The notes beneath the pieces were generated by a model, which saw nothing but the letters and a program-made list of their open reading frames with translations, had not been told where the DNA came from and did no database searches. The position numbers and the translations under genes are program-made. Of a stretch of DNA of 64,000 nucleotides, positions 11,725-24,600 are shown piece by piece (the stretch's first letter is position 1; each line of letters opens with the position of its first letter). Source of the stretch: Glaucostegus cemiculus (Eukaryota); NCBI GenBank assembly GCA_976551045.1, contig CDPCPM010000017.1:4278001-4342000 (forward strand), written 5' to 3'.

Positions 11725-12056
11725 TGAAGTACTGACAGTGCTGAGGGACTCTTTCAAAGATATTCATTATCAGATGGGATCTTGAAGTGAAGCCCCATGT
11801 AACCTCTGTTAGCTGTAAAATATCCCAGAGTGCTGTTGACGCATGGGGCACTTCTCTGTGGTGTCACAACCATAGCACTAAAAATAAGTGGTCATTATTT
11901 CATTGGAGATTCTGGGATTTTGCTCCATTCAAATTGGCCATTACATTTCTTATGTTACAACAGAGACTTTGTGCCAAATGTATTGAACTGGCTGTAAAAG
12001 ATCTGAGATGTATTGAGGTCATGAAAGCCACTATATAAATGCAAGTCTTTCTTTAT
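11725..12056 (+). mobile_element. Deu-domain SINE (SacSINE1/AmnSINE1-like)
   Basis: cagtgctgaggga...tcagatgggatcttgaagtgaagcccc...tgtaaaatatccca...ggctgtaaaag...gaggtcatgaaagccactatataaatgcaagtctttct. Confidence 0.65.
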
Positions 12057-12239
12057 TATTGTTTAAAGACAGGTTGTTAAATCATGTGGACAAATCATCT
12101 CTTGGAGGAGATAAACAGCTCATTAAAATGGGAACACAGGATGATGAAGCCTTAAAGGAAATTCTTGAAATATGGAATACAGAAACATGCACATAATGTT
12201 GAACATGCAAACATGACATGAAGAAAATTGTTTCTACAC

Positions 12240-12830
12240 AGTGTGTGGCCGAAATAGGCAATATACTGTCAGGGGTGGTTGAGGAGGAAATTCAATTGCA
12301 GGGTTCAAAATGGAGCTGGATAAGTTTCTGAAATGAAAACAAAAATTGCAGTGCTGTGGGGAGAGAGCAGTGGAGTGGAACCATTTGGACTGGTCTTGAA
12401 TGGATTCAACAGAATGAATCGCCACCTTCTCTGCTGGATCCAGTCTGTGATTCTTTTACACTTTGATGTTTCATTTTCCATTGTGAACACATCCTTACAA
12501 TACGGATATAGAACAAATGCCAACATTGTAAAGTAGATTGGATCATTATCAAGATGAAAAGTTAGTTATGAAGAGAGGTTAGAGAAATTTTCCTCAAAAC
12601 TATTACAGATCACCTGCTAGAAGTTTTCAATGTTGTTGAGGATGACGATAGGATACAAAGTACAATATTAAGAGTCTGGGGAGTGAGGTAATGCAAAATG
12701 GGGTAAATCTTAACAGGGAGTCAGGAGTTAGCTTTACATTTATTTTGATTTTTATTTAGATTAACTTTAAGTGATTGGCTCAAGTAAAGGCAAACACCAT
12801 GGTAGAATTGGGTTGAATAATCTGCTTCTG
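12240..12830 (+). mobile_element. Two decayed CR1 3'-end fragments
   Basis: ggtggttgaggagg...ttcaaaatggagctggataagtttctg and ttagttatgaagagaggttagag (LSYEERL) motifs. Confidence 0.6.
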
Positions 12831-13244
12831 AATTAATATTTTATTACAGTTTTCTCAATCTGGTAATAACTTTGCCCTTCTCCAGGTTGCACATTACCAA
12901 AAAATTCCAAAGGGATAATGCAGTGGCTGCCTGCTTGGTTTCAAAGCAAATATGATGTTGGGAATATACCACTCAAGGGTTCCAGATTGTCATCAATTCT
13001 GTGGTTCATTAGCAGTTTTATTTAGTGATCTGCTGGAGCCAAATGGCCAGTTTTCTTTGGTTCATCATCTTTCTTTGCTGGAAAATCAGCTGGCCATTGT
13101 AGGTGGACTGGAAGTGGACACTGAGTGGCCGAGTGGCCAACAGTAGCTCATACAAATCTGAAAAAAATGGAAAGCACTTTTTGGTGAGGCTTCAAGTGGC
13201 TCCTTGGAAGATTAATTTCTGGGCCTTTCAGGAAGAACCTTAAA

Positions 13245-16200
13245 ACATAAGAAATCCAAGCAGGAATAGGCCTTTGAACCTGCATGGTCAGTCATTAGGA
13301 GTATTTTTGGTTCATGTGCCATTTTGCCATTTTCCTGCACTATCCTCATATCCCTCGATTCCCTTAATGTCCAGAAATCTATTGCTTGTGGTTTGAATGA
13401 TCATAATGATTGAGCCTTCACAGCCCTCCTGGGTTTGGAATTACAAAGATTCACAACCATCTGAGTAAAGAGATTTCTCTTCATCTCAGAACTAAATGGC
13501 TTATTTCTTCTGAAATAATGCACCAGACTCCTCAGCCAGGGGAAACAGCTTCCCTGCAGGAGATCTGTCAAACCCTTTAAGAATTTTATATTTGCTCTTT
13601 CTTCTAAACTGTAGAGAATACATCCCCATTCTACTCAATCTCTCCTCATGCTCACTATCCCAAGAATAATCAATTCAATGTTTGTGGCACTTCCTTTATG
13701 GCAAGTACTTCCTTTCTTCAGTAAGGAGACCGAACTGTGGACTATACTCCAGGTGCTACACAAATGCAATAAGACGTCTCATATTCCTGTATTCAAATCC
13801 TCTTGGATTGAAAGTTAATAACATTTGCCCTTCTAATCACTTGTTGCACCTGCACGTTGACCTTCAGCAACTGATGAACACCAGCGCTACCCAATGTCTC
13901 ACCAGTTAACCAATACTCTGCTTTTCTGTTATGTGCACTTTGTTCTGTATTGTATTACAGCTGGCATGTGCTCACTCACTCCCTCAGATTGTCCATATCC
14001 CCCTGAGGCCTCTTTACATACTCCTTCATACTCACAATCCCACATAGTTTCATCATATAAGCAAACTTGGAAATATACATTTGGTTCCTTCAGCCAGCTT
14101 GTTGATATAGATTGTGAAAACCTGGCACCCAAGCACTGATCTCTCCAGTACCTCATCTGCCAACCTAAGTACAATCTATTGATTCGCTTTTACTCTTTGC
14201 TTTCAGTCAATAGCCAATTCCCAAATCATAATAACCCCAATTCCAAGCTCTAATTTTGTTAACCAACTTCCCTGTGCAGGATCTCATTGAATGCTTTCTG
14301 AAAATGCAAATGCACTACATCAACTGCTCCACCTCCCCTCTCCTCCTACCATCTATCCTACTAGTCACACTGTCCAAGATCCTGCAGTAGATTCCAGCAC
14401 TTTCCTAACCACTGACTTCACGCTAACAGGTCAGTAGTTCACTATTTTCCCTCTTCATCCTTTCTGAAATAGCAGGCTCATCTTTGTCATCCTGTGATCC
14501 ACAGGAAGAATTCCAGAATCAAAAGAACCCTGGAAGAGGACAACCAGGGCATCCATAGAATCGCACAGCACAGAAATTGGCCTTTTCAGCCCAGCTCATC
14601 CAAGCTGACCATGATGCCTATCAATGCCAATCTCACTTGCCTGCTTGAGCCCTTTATTCCCTCTATTCCTTTCCTACCTAGGTGCCTATCTAAATGCCTC
14701 TTAAATGTTGTAACTAGATCTGCCTTTCTCACCTCCTCTGGCAGCTCATCCCAGATAATCACCAGCCTCAGTGTGAAAAGCACACCCCCAAATCTGACTT
14801 AAATTTCTCCCCTCTCACCTTAAATCTATGCCCTTCAGTTCTAGCCTCACCTGCCCTGGGAAAACAGCTCTGACTATCCTATCTATGCTCCCCATAATTT
14901 TATAAACCTTCATAAAGTCACCTCTCAACCTTGGACATTCCGGTGAGAATAAACTAAGGCAATCCCAGTCAATACTGGAAAAGTTAAAATCCCTCACTCT
15001 TAAAACTCTATTGTTAGCACACTTTTCTGTGATCTGCCGACATATCTGTTCCTCTAGTTCCTGTTGACTATTGGGAGGCTTACAGTATAGCCCCATCAAA
15101 GTAATAACCCTTTTTTTTATTCCTAAATTCTACACATATACCCTCATTGGCTGATCCATCCAGGGGATGGTCCCTGAGTACTGCCGTATTGGTCTCCCAG
15201 ATCAGCAGTGCAGCCCCCACATCCCCTTTTGCACCCACTCTGCCGTGCCTGGAACATTTCTAACTGGAACATTGAACTGCCAGTCCCGCCCTTCCTTCAA
15301 CCATGTTTTCATGACTGCAGCAATATCATAATCCCATTTGCTGATCCATGCTCTCAGCTCACCTGTATTACCTGTGAGGCTCTTTCCTTTAAAGTAACTG
15401 AAGCTTAGCCTTACAGTCCTCTCATGCTTCCCCTCCTGTCTCTGTCTGCTCTTCTTACTGCACTTGCCTGTACTGTTTTCTACATGAGTCAGCTTCCCCG
15501 CCTGCTGCATTTATTCTGGGTTCCACCCCTCTGTCTCACTAGTTTAAATCCTCCCAAGTTGCAGTAGCAAACCTCCTTGCAAGGATATTGGTCTCCCTCC
15601 AGCTCAGGTGCAAGCCATTCTTCTGTGCCCCAGAAGAGATCCAATGATCCAAAAACCTGAAGCACTCCCTCCTGCACCAGTTCTTTAGCCATGCATTCAT
15701 CTGTCCTACTTTCCTATTTCTAACTCTAAAATCCCATCAAAATGCTGGGATGTAAATCATTGGAGCCTTGGAATTCTTTCAGTTTTCAAGCTTACCAATC
15801 TCTCATACCACTTTTTGACTAGTACTTAATTCCTTCAGTTCCTCATTCTTGCAAGATCCTTTTATCTAATATATCTGGCAGATTTTGTATATCTTTTTCT
15901 ATGAAGACAGACATAAAATAACTTGTAATTCCTCTGCCATTTCCTTACTACCCACTGTAAATCTCCTGTTTCTGTCTGTAAAGAGCCCACACTTGCCCTC
16001 AGTTGTCTTTTCCTACCTACATACCTGTAGAAGTTCTCTTGGTCCTCCTTCATTGAGTTCTACAATGCTCCCAATCCTTAAATCTGTTTCTATTTCTGGC
16101 AACTTTATAAGCCTCTTCCTTGGATTTAACACTGTCTTTAATTTCACGATGAATTACTTTTCAGGTTGGATTTTTGAGTTTTAGAGGAATTTTTTTTCAA

Positions 16201-16520
16201 TTCTTTCATTGTTGCTTTACGTGCTAATCATTGCCCATTGATCATCAAACATATCAATGTCTTCTCCAAATACATACCACAATCAATTCCCTTATGCATT
16301 AATCAGTTCATTAATTTGGATTTAAATCCTTCTTTTGCACTGAACTACATTACTTACAAACTCAGTGCCAAGTTCTACCACATCACTGTCACTCTTCCAC
16401 AATGACAACCAGATTATCAATCAACACTTTTTCATTGCATAAAATGAGATCCAAAATACCCCTTTCCCTTATTGGTTCCTCAACATATTGTTCCAGAAAA
16501 ACATCTTGTATACATTCCAT
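13245..16520 (-). mobile_element. Composite, nested CR1/HER1 LINE fragments (RT, endonuclease, ORF1 region)
   Basis: 3' tails at ~13245 (aaacataagaaa) and ~14555 (catagaatcgcacagcacagaaattggcc). ORF fragments GLYCKPPNSQQELEEQICRQI...DFNFSSIDW, YDIAAVMKTWLKEG and FLEQYVEEPIRERGILDLILCNE are CR1 APE motifs. Confidence 0.85.
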
Positions 16521-17329
16521 TAATTCACCTTCCAACGTATTACAGTAATTATAAAACCAGGAGAAGGTGGGTCCAGTTCGTGCTATGCCTTCCTTCACAG
16601 TTTTTTCAGAAAGTGGTAGTTGCAGTCCTACAGCAGGTTCGGGAACCTTCTTTGTAAATTTAAGCAATCAGTTATCTGTTTTGAAAGGAGAAGAAAGGCT
16701 AGGTGGAAACTTGATTCAAGAGAGCAAATGGAGATTTGTCTTTTCTTATTACCCATTTGTCCAGCAAGAGATAAGTAGGTAGCTATTCAAAACTGCCCAT
16801 AGCACTATGGTTCAATCATGATCCTATGACAGGAGACAGGTGGTACAAGAGAACTGTCTGAAAGTGCTATGAAGGGGCCAGTTCCAATTTTCCAGATGCT
16901 TCTAAACTAGATGAATGAGCAGGCTGTAATACACTTCCCATAAACAGCTCTTCAACATGGGGCAGCAAACTAGCATTACTGCAGATTGTTAAGACCCCAA
17001 GGTAGATTAAAGTCGAGCTGTATTCTTGGTGGCCACAGCAATGAAGCAAAACTCTCAAGCTGCAAGAAGATGTCTGGGGAAGGCAGGACTTCCAACTGGA
17101 GCCTCTAGCTTTGGAAGTACTGGTGGAACGCATTCAGGATTGAGAAGTTCATCTCGACAATCAGTGACTGCCAAAGGAAAATGGTGAGTTCTAAATTATG
17201 AGGGGCTGTTCAAGGTCTGAATACCTCCAGCAATATCTCCAGAATTTGTCTCCAGTGTAGAAATAAATATCTTTACTCCTTCCCCCCTTTGAGGAAGTCA
17301 TGACATTCGATCAGGTTCCATACATGAGA

Positions 17330-18940
17330 CAGTTGGTAAAAAATTGAAATGTTAGGAAATGAAATTGGATGTGACCTTTTGGTCTGAGAATTGTTTAGGA
17401 GATAAGAGGGAGAGTCAGGACAATGGATATGTTTATCAGTCTGCAGGATGTAACTTGTGTTGGCTTCAGGGATTTGCCTTGGTTTTATATTATTTTAATG
17501 GAAGATTACAATGAGGGGAAAGACAGCTATATAGTCAAGTTTGCTGTTGGCATTGAGGTGATAGAGTCAATAGATGGGAACAGGAAATAATAAGAGTATA
17601 TTGATAGATGAAATGAAGCTGTGGGAGATGGAATTCATCATGGGGAAGTGCAGGTGTTCTGCTAATCGTATGATTGCTTTTGTTACATTGATGGCCAAAC
17701 GAGCCATCCTGCTCAAATGGAAGGATCCAATACCCCCTACCACTTTTCAATGGTTCTCTCAAACTATATTATGTCTTAATTTGGAAAAAATTAGGAGTGG
17801 TACTGTTGATTCTTTGCTTAAATTTGAAGATATTTGGAGTCCATTTATTCAATACTTTCATACAATGTAGTTTCCCCTTCTATAACTTTAGAGAAACGGA
17901 GCTGACGACATTATATTGTTCTATTTCTATTGAATTTTAGCCCAGTTTTTTTTTCTCCTTGTTTTTTTTTCCCTTTTTTTAAAATTCATTTTCGGTTTAA
18001 TTTACTCTATATTATTATGATCTTTAAAAAATTTTTTAAAAAATTGATTTGGGTTTTTTTTTGTTTTTTTCTTCTAATTATATAACAAATCTTTTTCTTT
18101 TTTATCTTTTATATTACACTTATGAACCGAGATATTGTTGGAACTATTTCTTTTATATACATCATACTTTATTGCTTTTTTTATGATTATCTACGATTTA
18201 CTTGATATTTATATAATACATGTGTAAACATTGTTGTTATATATCTTAACCTGTAATGATTTGTTATCAATAAAAAGATTGAAAAAGAAAGGAAGTGCAG
18301 GTGATCCATTCCAGACCCATGAACAATCAGAATATTTTCAGAATTTTGAGAAACTAGCAACAGTGAAGGCACAATACAATATTGGAACCCAAACATAGAA
18401 ATCACTAATAGCTGGTCAAAAGGTATAAAAAATAATTTGATTATCTAAAGAACTATTAGTCTTCATCTCAGCGGGGCTGTAAACAAAGAACCAGGAGTTC
18501 CATTGACATAAATGTCTGGTTAGACCACATTAGGAGTGCTATCTTTAGTTCTGCAACTCAGGAAGTATATATTGGCCTTTTTTTAAGCATAGCACAAACT
18601 CATCAGATTGATACTGTGCTTAAAAAGCTTAAATTGGGAGGATTGGTTGCAGAGACATGGTGCTTATTTAATCTATTAAGTTTAGAAGATGAAGGAGTGA
18701 TGTAATTGATGAATGAGAAAGCTGAAGGATTAGATACGGGTGATAGAAATAAGTCACTTCTTCTGGTGGCCAGAACAAGTTTAGGAAATGGGATGCGGAG
18801 GAGTCTTAAAGTTAGAGCTAGCTTTTTCAAGAGTGATGAAAAGAAAAAAAAATCACAGAAAAGCTGCTGGAAAGCTAGAACCCTTTTCTAATGAAACTTC
18901 TGTGCCTTAGTCAATTAAAATTCAAAACTGAGATTAGTCT
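17330..18940 (+). mobile_element. Old CR1 RT fragment, split by an L1 insertion
   Basis: aagtttgctgttggc (KFADD-like), WEMEFIMGKC, ctggttagaccacattaggagtgc (LVRPHLE). Sequence resumes after the L1 TSD. Confidence 0.7.
17657..18290 (+). mobile_element. 5'-truncated L1-clade LINE with 13-bp target-site duplication
   Basis: Open ORF2 C-terminus (AKRAILLKWKDPIPPTTFQW...LNLEKI...FEDIWSPFIQY*), T-rich 3' UTR, AATAAA at 18269-18274 and A-rich tail. TSD ggaagtgcaggtg at 17644-17656 and 18291-18303. Confidence 0.9.
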
Positions 18941-19045
18941 CTGAAATTAAAACAGAAAAAAATGGAAATACTCAGCAGGCCAGGCACCATGTATATAAAG
19001 AAAAGCAATGTTCATGTTTCAGACCGATGACCCTTCGTTGATTGC
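18941..19045 (-). mobile_element. Penelope-like terminal repeat with degenerate hammerhead motif
   Basis: Minus strand caaCGAagggtcatcggtctGAAACatgaac...gtgcctggcctgctgagtatttcca. Confidence 0.65.
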
Positions 19046-21089
19046 TGAGGCCTTTTCTCACCCTGGAGCCAGCTAGTGTCACATTTACCCAGTAGGGGAG
19101 CCACCAATGCCCCTCCCTCATCTCTGCTCTGGTTGATATTGTGGGTTGGAATGACATCATTAGACCTGATCTGCATGTTTAAAACATGGTCTGCTTCCTT
19201 CATGTATGCTTCCTGCTTGCCTACTCAAAAGAGGAGCTCAGAGTAGGGACCTGGATAATATAGAAACAAAAGGAGCCTGCTCCACATACAGTCCGATTGT
19301 GTCTGATCATCTGTCTCAGTAACAGGACATTACAGGAAGCAAATGGAATCACTGTGGGTACCTCATTCCTGTTGTTTTGATTGTCTCCTCTGATTTCCTC
19401 CAGGTGGATTGAGGTAAAATTGGACCCTCTCATTTCCACCATTGCCTCGTTTGTATTCAATAACTGTGCATAAGGAGACCAAAATCATACTCACTGAACG
19501 CTGCCTGTCCTGTGCAAGATTATGACTTAATTATCACCACCACAGTTGTTAGTCCTTAAGAGAGACTCTATGTTTTTGCTAGGATTACAAGAGATGTTGC
19601 TGCTATACTTCAGTGATCTGTAATAATCCGTAGAGCGTGCATAATGTGCCAGCAATGAAATCTGACATCACTTCCCTGTGGGACAGTGCTTTTTCTCATC
19701 GTCTGGAGTTCTGTAATTCGAATGCAGCATCACTTTTTCAAACAAGGGGCACAGTTTTAATTTTAGGACACATGCAAGTAGTCTACAGCCAAAGGATGGT
19801 CAGAGGGTGAGGGAGTGGGTGCCAACCTGTGAGACAGATTTTAAGTCCTTCCTCTTGACATGAATGGGTTAATAATGAGCTGAAATGGCACAGATCACAC
19901 TGCTCTGTTAATGCTACCTCTCCATTGCAACATCGTGGGCAGGGCCCTGAGGAGAAAGTCAAAGTCCCCATACGTTACAGGTGGGAGGCTGATTTTAATA
20001 GCATGCAAGATCCCAATTATGATTTTAAGGGATAAGGCATGATTTGCAGATGCTCTGCTTATCTTTGCAGGATTTTGAATGGTCTAATAAAAGATTTTAA
20101 AGGGGCTGCTGGAGGTTGCCTAATAAATGGACAAGGATGCTGGGCTACTAAACACCGGCAAAGGCATGGTTTCTGGAACACAGTAACTCCTTCAATCAAC
20201 TCCTAAGGCACATATCCCTGCTTCAGATAAATCCTGTTCTTTTGCCAGCAAATGTACAAGTATGTGAGTGAACAAGTATTAGGTATTCTGTGCAGAGCTG
20301 GCTACAATAAATGAGCAATGCTTCAAACAGAGCAGTCTCCTTCATGTTTCCCCATTTTTCCTGATCATACTTCCACTGAGGAAGGTGATGAGCCTGGTAT
20401 TTCCAAATGACCACACATCAGGCTGCATTCACAATGTTCAGACCCATTAGAATTGACTGTGTCACACAAGGCTTCCTCTAATCAATGTGCATCATTGCAG
20501 GAAAATCCATTATGAGGTAGTAAATGACATAATCCCTCTGCACCTTTAATGATCAGCATATAATAAATGATCAATTTGGAAAATACCAGCAAAGTTACTC
20601 AAATTTTCACCCTGCGTTATTACTGAACAATAATACAATTAAAGAGCTGTCTTTTAGCTGCAATTAGATTAACAACAGGAAAGGCCCTACTGAAAATTTA
20701 CTTGCAGATATCACTAAAATCAGGTTTGATATAAAATGTTTATGTACAGGGTCAATGCAACCAGTTGGTGAATTTTGTCAATATAAACAGACTTAGAGTC
20801 AGACTTCTATTACAATAAATTCAATCACTACTTCCTGCTGAGCTGTCACTTAAACCTAAGAATTCAAACTGAGTTTTTTTTAAAGGTACTGGTTAAGGAC
20901 CTGTGTATTTAGACTGGTGAAGAGAACACACCCAAAATTATAAATGTTCCCGTCATCCTATAGATCCCAACAGGCATACTGGGTCTTCCTCAGTTTTGAT
21001 TTTGCTTGAAACAACTGCCTAATGAACTAAGGAACAGTTTAATAACACAGTTCCGTCTCATTTATACAAAAATCCAGTACCAATGAATT

Positions 21090-21615
21090 CACAAGATCAC
21101 AAGATAACGGAGCAGAAGCAGGCCACTCAGCCCATCGAGTCTGCTCCAAAGGGAAGGGAGGGTGGGGAAAAAAAGGGGAAAAAGTGGATGAAAAAGAATG
21201 AGAAAAAAAACTATTCTAACTCCAAATTCCCACCTTATCTCCATATCCCTTGATACCTTGACCAATTAGATATCTATCTATTTCCTTCTTGAATATCCCC
21301 AATGATCTGGCCTCCACTGCTTTCTGTGGTAAGGAGTTCCACAGGTTCACCACCCTCTGGCTAAAGAAATTCCTCCTTATCTCTGTTTTGAACCTGCTTC
21401 CTCTAATTCTAAGGTTGTGCTCTCTAGTCCTGGACTCCTCCACCAAGGGAAACAGCTTGACCACATTCACTTTGTCCATTCCTTTCAACGTCTTGTACGT
21501 TTCTATTAGGTCCCCTCTCATTCTTCTATACTCCAACGAGTACAGTCCAAGTGCCGACAGTCACTCATCATATGTAAGCCTTTTCATCCCAGGAATCATC
21601 CTAGTAAATCTACTC
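21090..21615 (-). mobile_element. Young 5'-truncated CR1/HER1 LINE 3' end
   Basis: Intact frame EYRRMRGDLIETYKTLKG...RTREHNLRI...RRNFFSQRVVNLWNSLPQ, 3' stem-loop and (ATCTTGTG)2 tail. Confidence 0.92.
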
Positions 21616-22099
21616 AAAAATGTCCCCACAAGTTCTCCAGTTACCCACTGTGACTTTGGCACAAGACCTGCATAAGCCACAAACAAGTGACATGAACACA
21701 TTTGCTCAAAGATTCCTCCCTCCTACATTCCACATCAAAATTATATATATATAAGTGAAATCCATTGGTCAACTCAATGTGGCCAGAATGGATTCTACTT
21801 AATCCTATGAAAAAATGTGTACACTAAGAACTGGTAATAACCACCCATTATCTCCACAAGGCCATGCAAGTAGTCCATATAAAGGGATGTTTCTGGCTAC
21901 AAACATCAAAAAGTGAAGAATGTGAGGACAAATACCACATGTTTCTTCAGGTAGTCTTACCCACTGGCCAGGCCATTAGAAAATTATGATCAGTTGAACC
22001 TGAGTCTCCCCACCAGTAGCATTAATTTCTAAAATCAGTCTTCATTTTGCCACTCATTTCACTCACAGCATGAATTTTGAATTACCTTTTATAGATTTA

Positions 22100-22330
22100 C
22101 AAAGACTGTCCAGCACAGAGGTAAACATTCAGTCCAATCTGTCCATGCAGCTTCCTCTGCCCAGTACGAGTCTCCTTCCACCCCAGCAGCATGGATTCCT
22201 GCCGCCCTTACATGGTTAGCTTCCCTTCAACGGCGTCTTCAGTATTCCTCTCAACCATTCCTTGGAGTAACAGGCTCCACATTCTAATCACTGTCTGAGT
22301 AAACAAGTTTCTCCTGAATTCCCAGCTGAG
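22100..22330 (-). mobile_element. CR1 3'-end fragment
   Basis: FRRNLFTQTVIRMWSLL motif. Confidence 0.7.
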
Positions 22331-24039
22331 AATTATGACAACTTCTGGTTTGAAAGAGGCCACCCCTTTGCCTTCAGAAAAAAAAGGCAACTTGGAGAGG
22401 CACAGCTTTCTGCAGCTGGCAGGATTCCCTTGAGTACGGAGATTTCCATGTAGTACACATGGAGTTTGAGGACTCTAAACATCAAGCACAGAGGTTTCTT
22501 GAAGCAAAATTAATTTGTTCTCCAGGGAACAAGATTATACCTTTATTCTACAGGATTCCAAGATGCCAGTGTTATTAGAAGGATACAGTATGGGGCTAAC
22601 TCTCTGTAAGGCTCTCCTTTTCATCCGTAATCTTCATTAACAGCAGGACAACCTAGCACCTGGTTTCTTGATCCACATCTGCCACCTCCACTTTTGAGAA
22701 TAATGTGTTGTACAATTTGCATGCAACAGAATAATGTCTATCAATGAGCAATGGCTGTCAACCATTGACTCCTAGACAAGTGGAGACCTTTAATGTTTAA
22801 TTTGCACCATGGCTGATAAACATAGCTTTATTTTCCTCATGATGTTAGAATACTTTTATGTCATTTATAGGCAGATACACTGAATGTGAGTGACTGCATT
22901 GAATGCTAGCGATTTCCCTTTGCTTGTGGTTGGAAAATAGATTTCTGTTCTTTCTTGGAATGCCTTTTACAGCAGGATTGCAAACTCTATAGCACCGATG
23001 GAAGGAATGATGCCTGGTGTTTAAAGTGTTCCATTGTGTACAATTTGGCAAAATGTGTGGCAAAGTTCAGAGCTATGCAGCTTTTCTGCAATGACCCAAC
23101 ATAACTCCATTTTTCATTTGCAGAGTGACAAAATCAAAGAGAGATTTTCTGTTGGATAGAAGTTATGCTTTTACTGAAAACAGGGATGTGTTGTTTCATA
23201 CTGTTGGCACTTGGGATATATAGATCTTGCCTGCAGGATCATTTCATCAGACATGAACTAAGTGAACCCTTGGTTTTGAGTGTAACTTAGTAAATCAAAT
23301 GCATGTCCTGACCTGGTTAGTTAAATATGCCAATAGAAGGTAGTGATTAATCTGGTTTTCTTAAAGGACCAGATAGCAACGTGCAAGAAATTGTAGCCCT
23401 CAATGCAACAGCAAACAGAGAATGATCAGCTAGAGAGTAGTTGACATAATCTGGGAGTCAAAACACTGATGCATAGGCTTCCAACATTTAACATTAAAAA
23501 TTACATTTATAGACTGTGGTGACCAATAAAGCAAATGGATTTTGGCAGATGATTCAACAATACTTCATGAAATGCCAGGTGAAGAATTATTAAATGAGTA
23601 ATATTGAGCATGCAGGTTTAAAAGATACAGTTAACAAACTCATTCCAAACTAATGTATCTGTAAATAAATCAAAGGCTGGAGAGGAAGGGGAACCATCCT
23701 CTGCAGGGAGAACAATCAAAGAACAAAGAGAAATCGAGGTAAAACATAGCCAAACAAAAAAAGTCAGTGCCTTAACCTAAGAGGACAGTGAGAGAAGAGA
23801 TTAAAGCCGTAAGAAGTGCAAATAGAATTTAAAGAGAAGAGAAACAAAAGAGGGCATTTTTTTTGTATGGCTTCTTCCAGGCATTTGCTAAAATGTAAGA
23901 ACATGTCAGCCCAAATGATATTCTAAAAATAACCAGCAGCTTTCTTATAAAAGAAAGCAACGAAATAGACCCATTAGTCTTCCATCCTGTGTAAAGTAAC
24001 AAAATCAATTATCGTAAATGTAATTGAAGGAGGGACCTC

Positions 24040-24600
24040 AAAAATTGCTGAATGAGTTGGATAAAATGTGTGTGGAAAGTGCAATGGCACATGAAATTTA
24101 ATAGCAATTGCAAATTACTGCACATATGAGACGAATAAGCAAGTCCATAAATAGTTTTGAAATGGTTAATGTTTAAGTTAAAAGAGGAGTAGGAGCCTTA
24201 GACTCATTGTGTAGCAAGTTCATCAAATGAACGGCAACCATCCACAAAGCCAATAAAATGCTGAACTACAAAGGCAAAGAAACTGTGAACAAAGTGAATA
24301 ATGCTGCAGTTAGGTCATACCTTGAGTAATGCATTCAGTTCTGAGTCACTCATACACAGCAAACATTCAGGCACTGAACAAGTTGCAGCAAAGTGCCACT
24401 ATATTGATCCCTTGTGTAAAGGTCTGATGTAAAATGAGAAACTGAAGATATTTAAGCTTTTCAATTCTACAACTTTTTGAGATAATTTAAAAAAATAAAC
24501 ATAAATCCACAATGTTTCACTGTGGAAAAGTGAGACCAGAACAAGGGATCATAAGTTCAAGCTAAAGTTAATGCTAGGAAATTCTTCTATAGGGGAACAG
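24040..24600 (+). mobile_element. Decayed CR1 RT fragment
   Basis: gttaggtcataccttgagtaatgcattcagttctg (VRPHLEYC.QFW-like) and agaacaagggatcataagttcaag. Confidence 0.6.
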
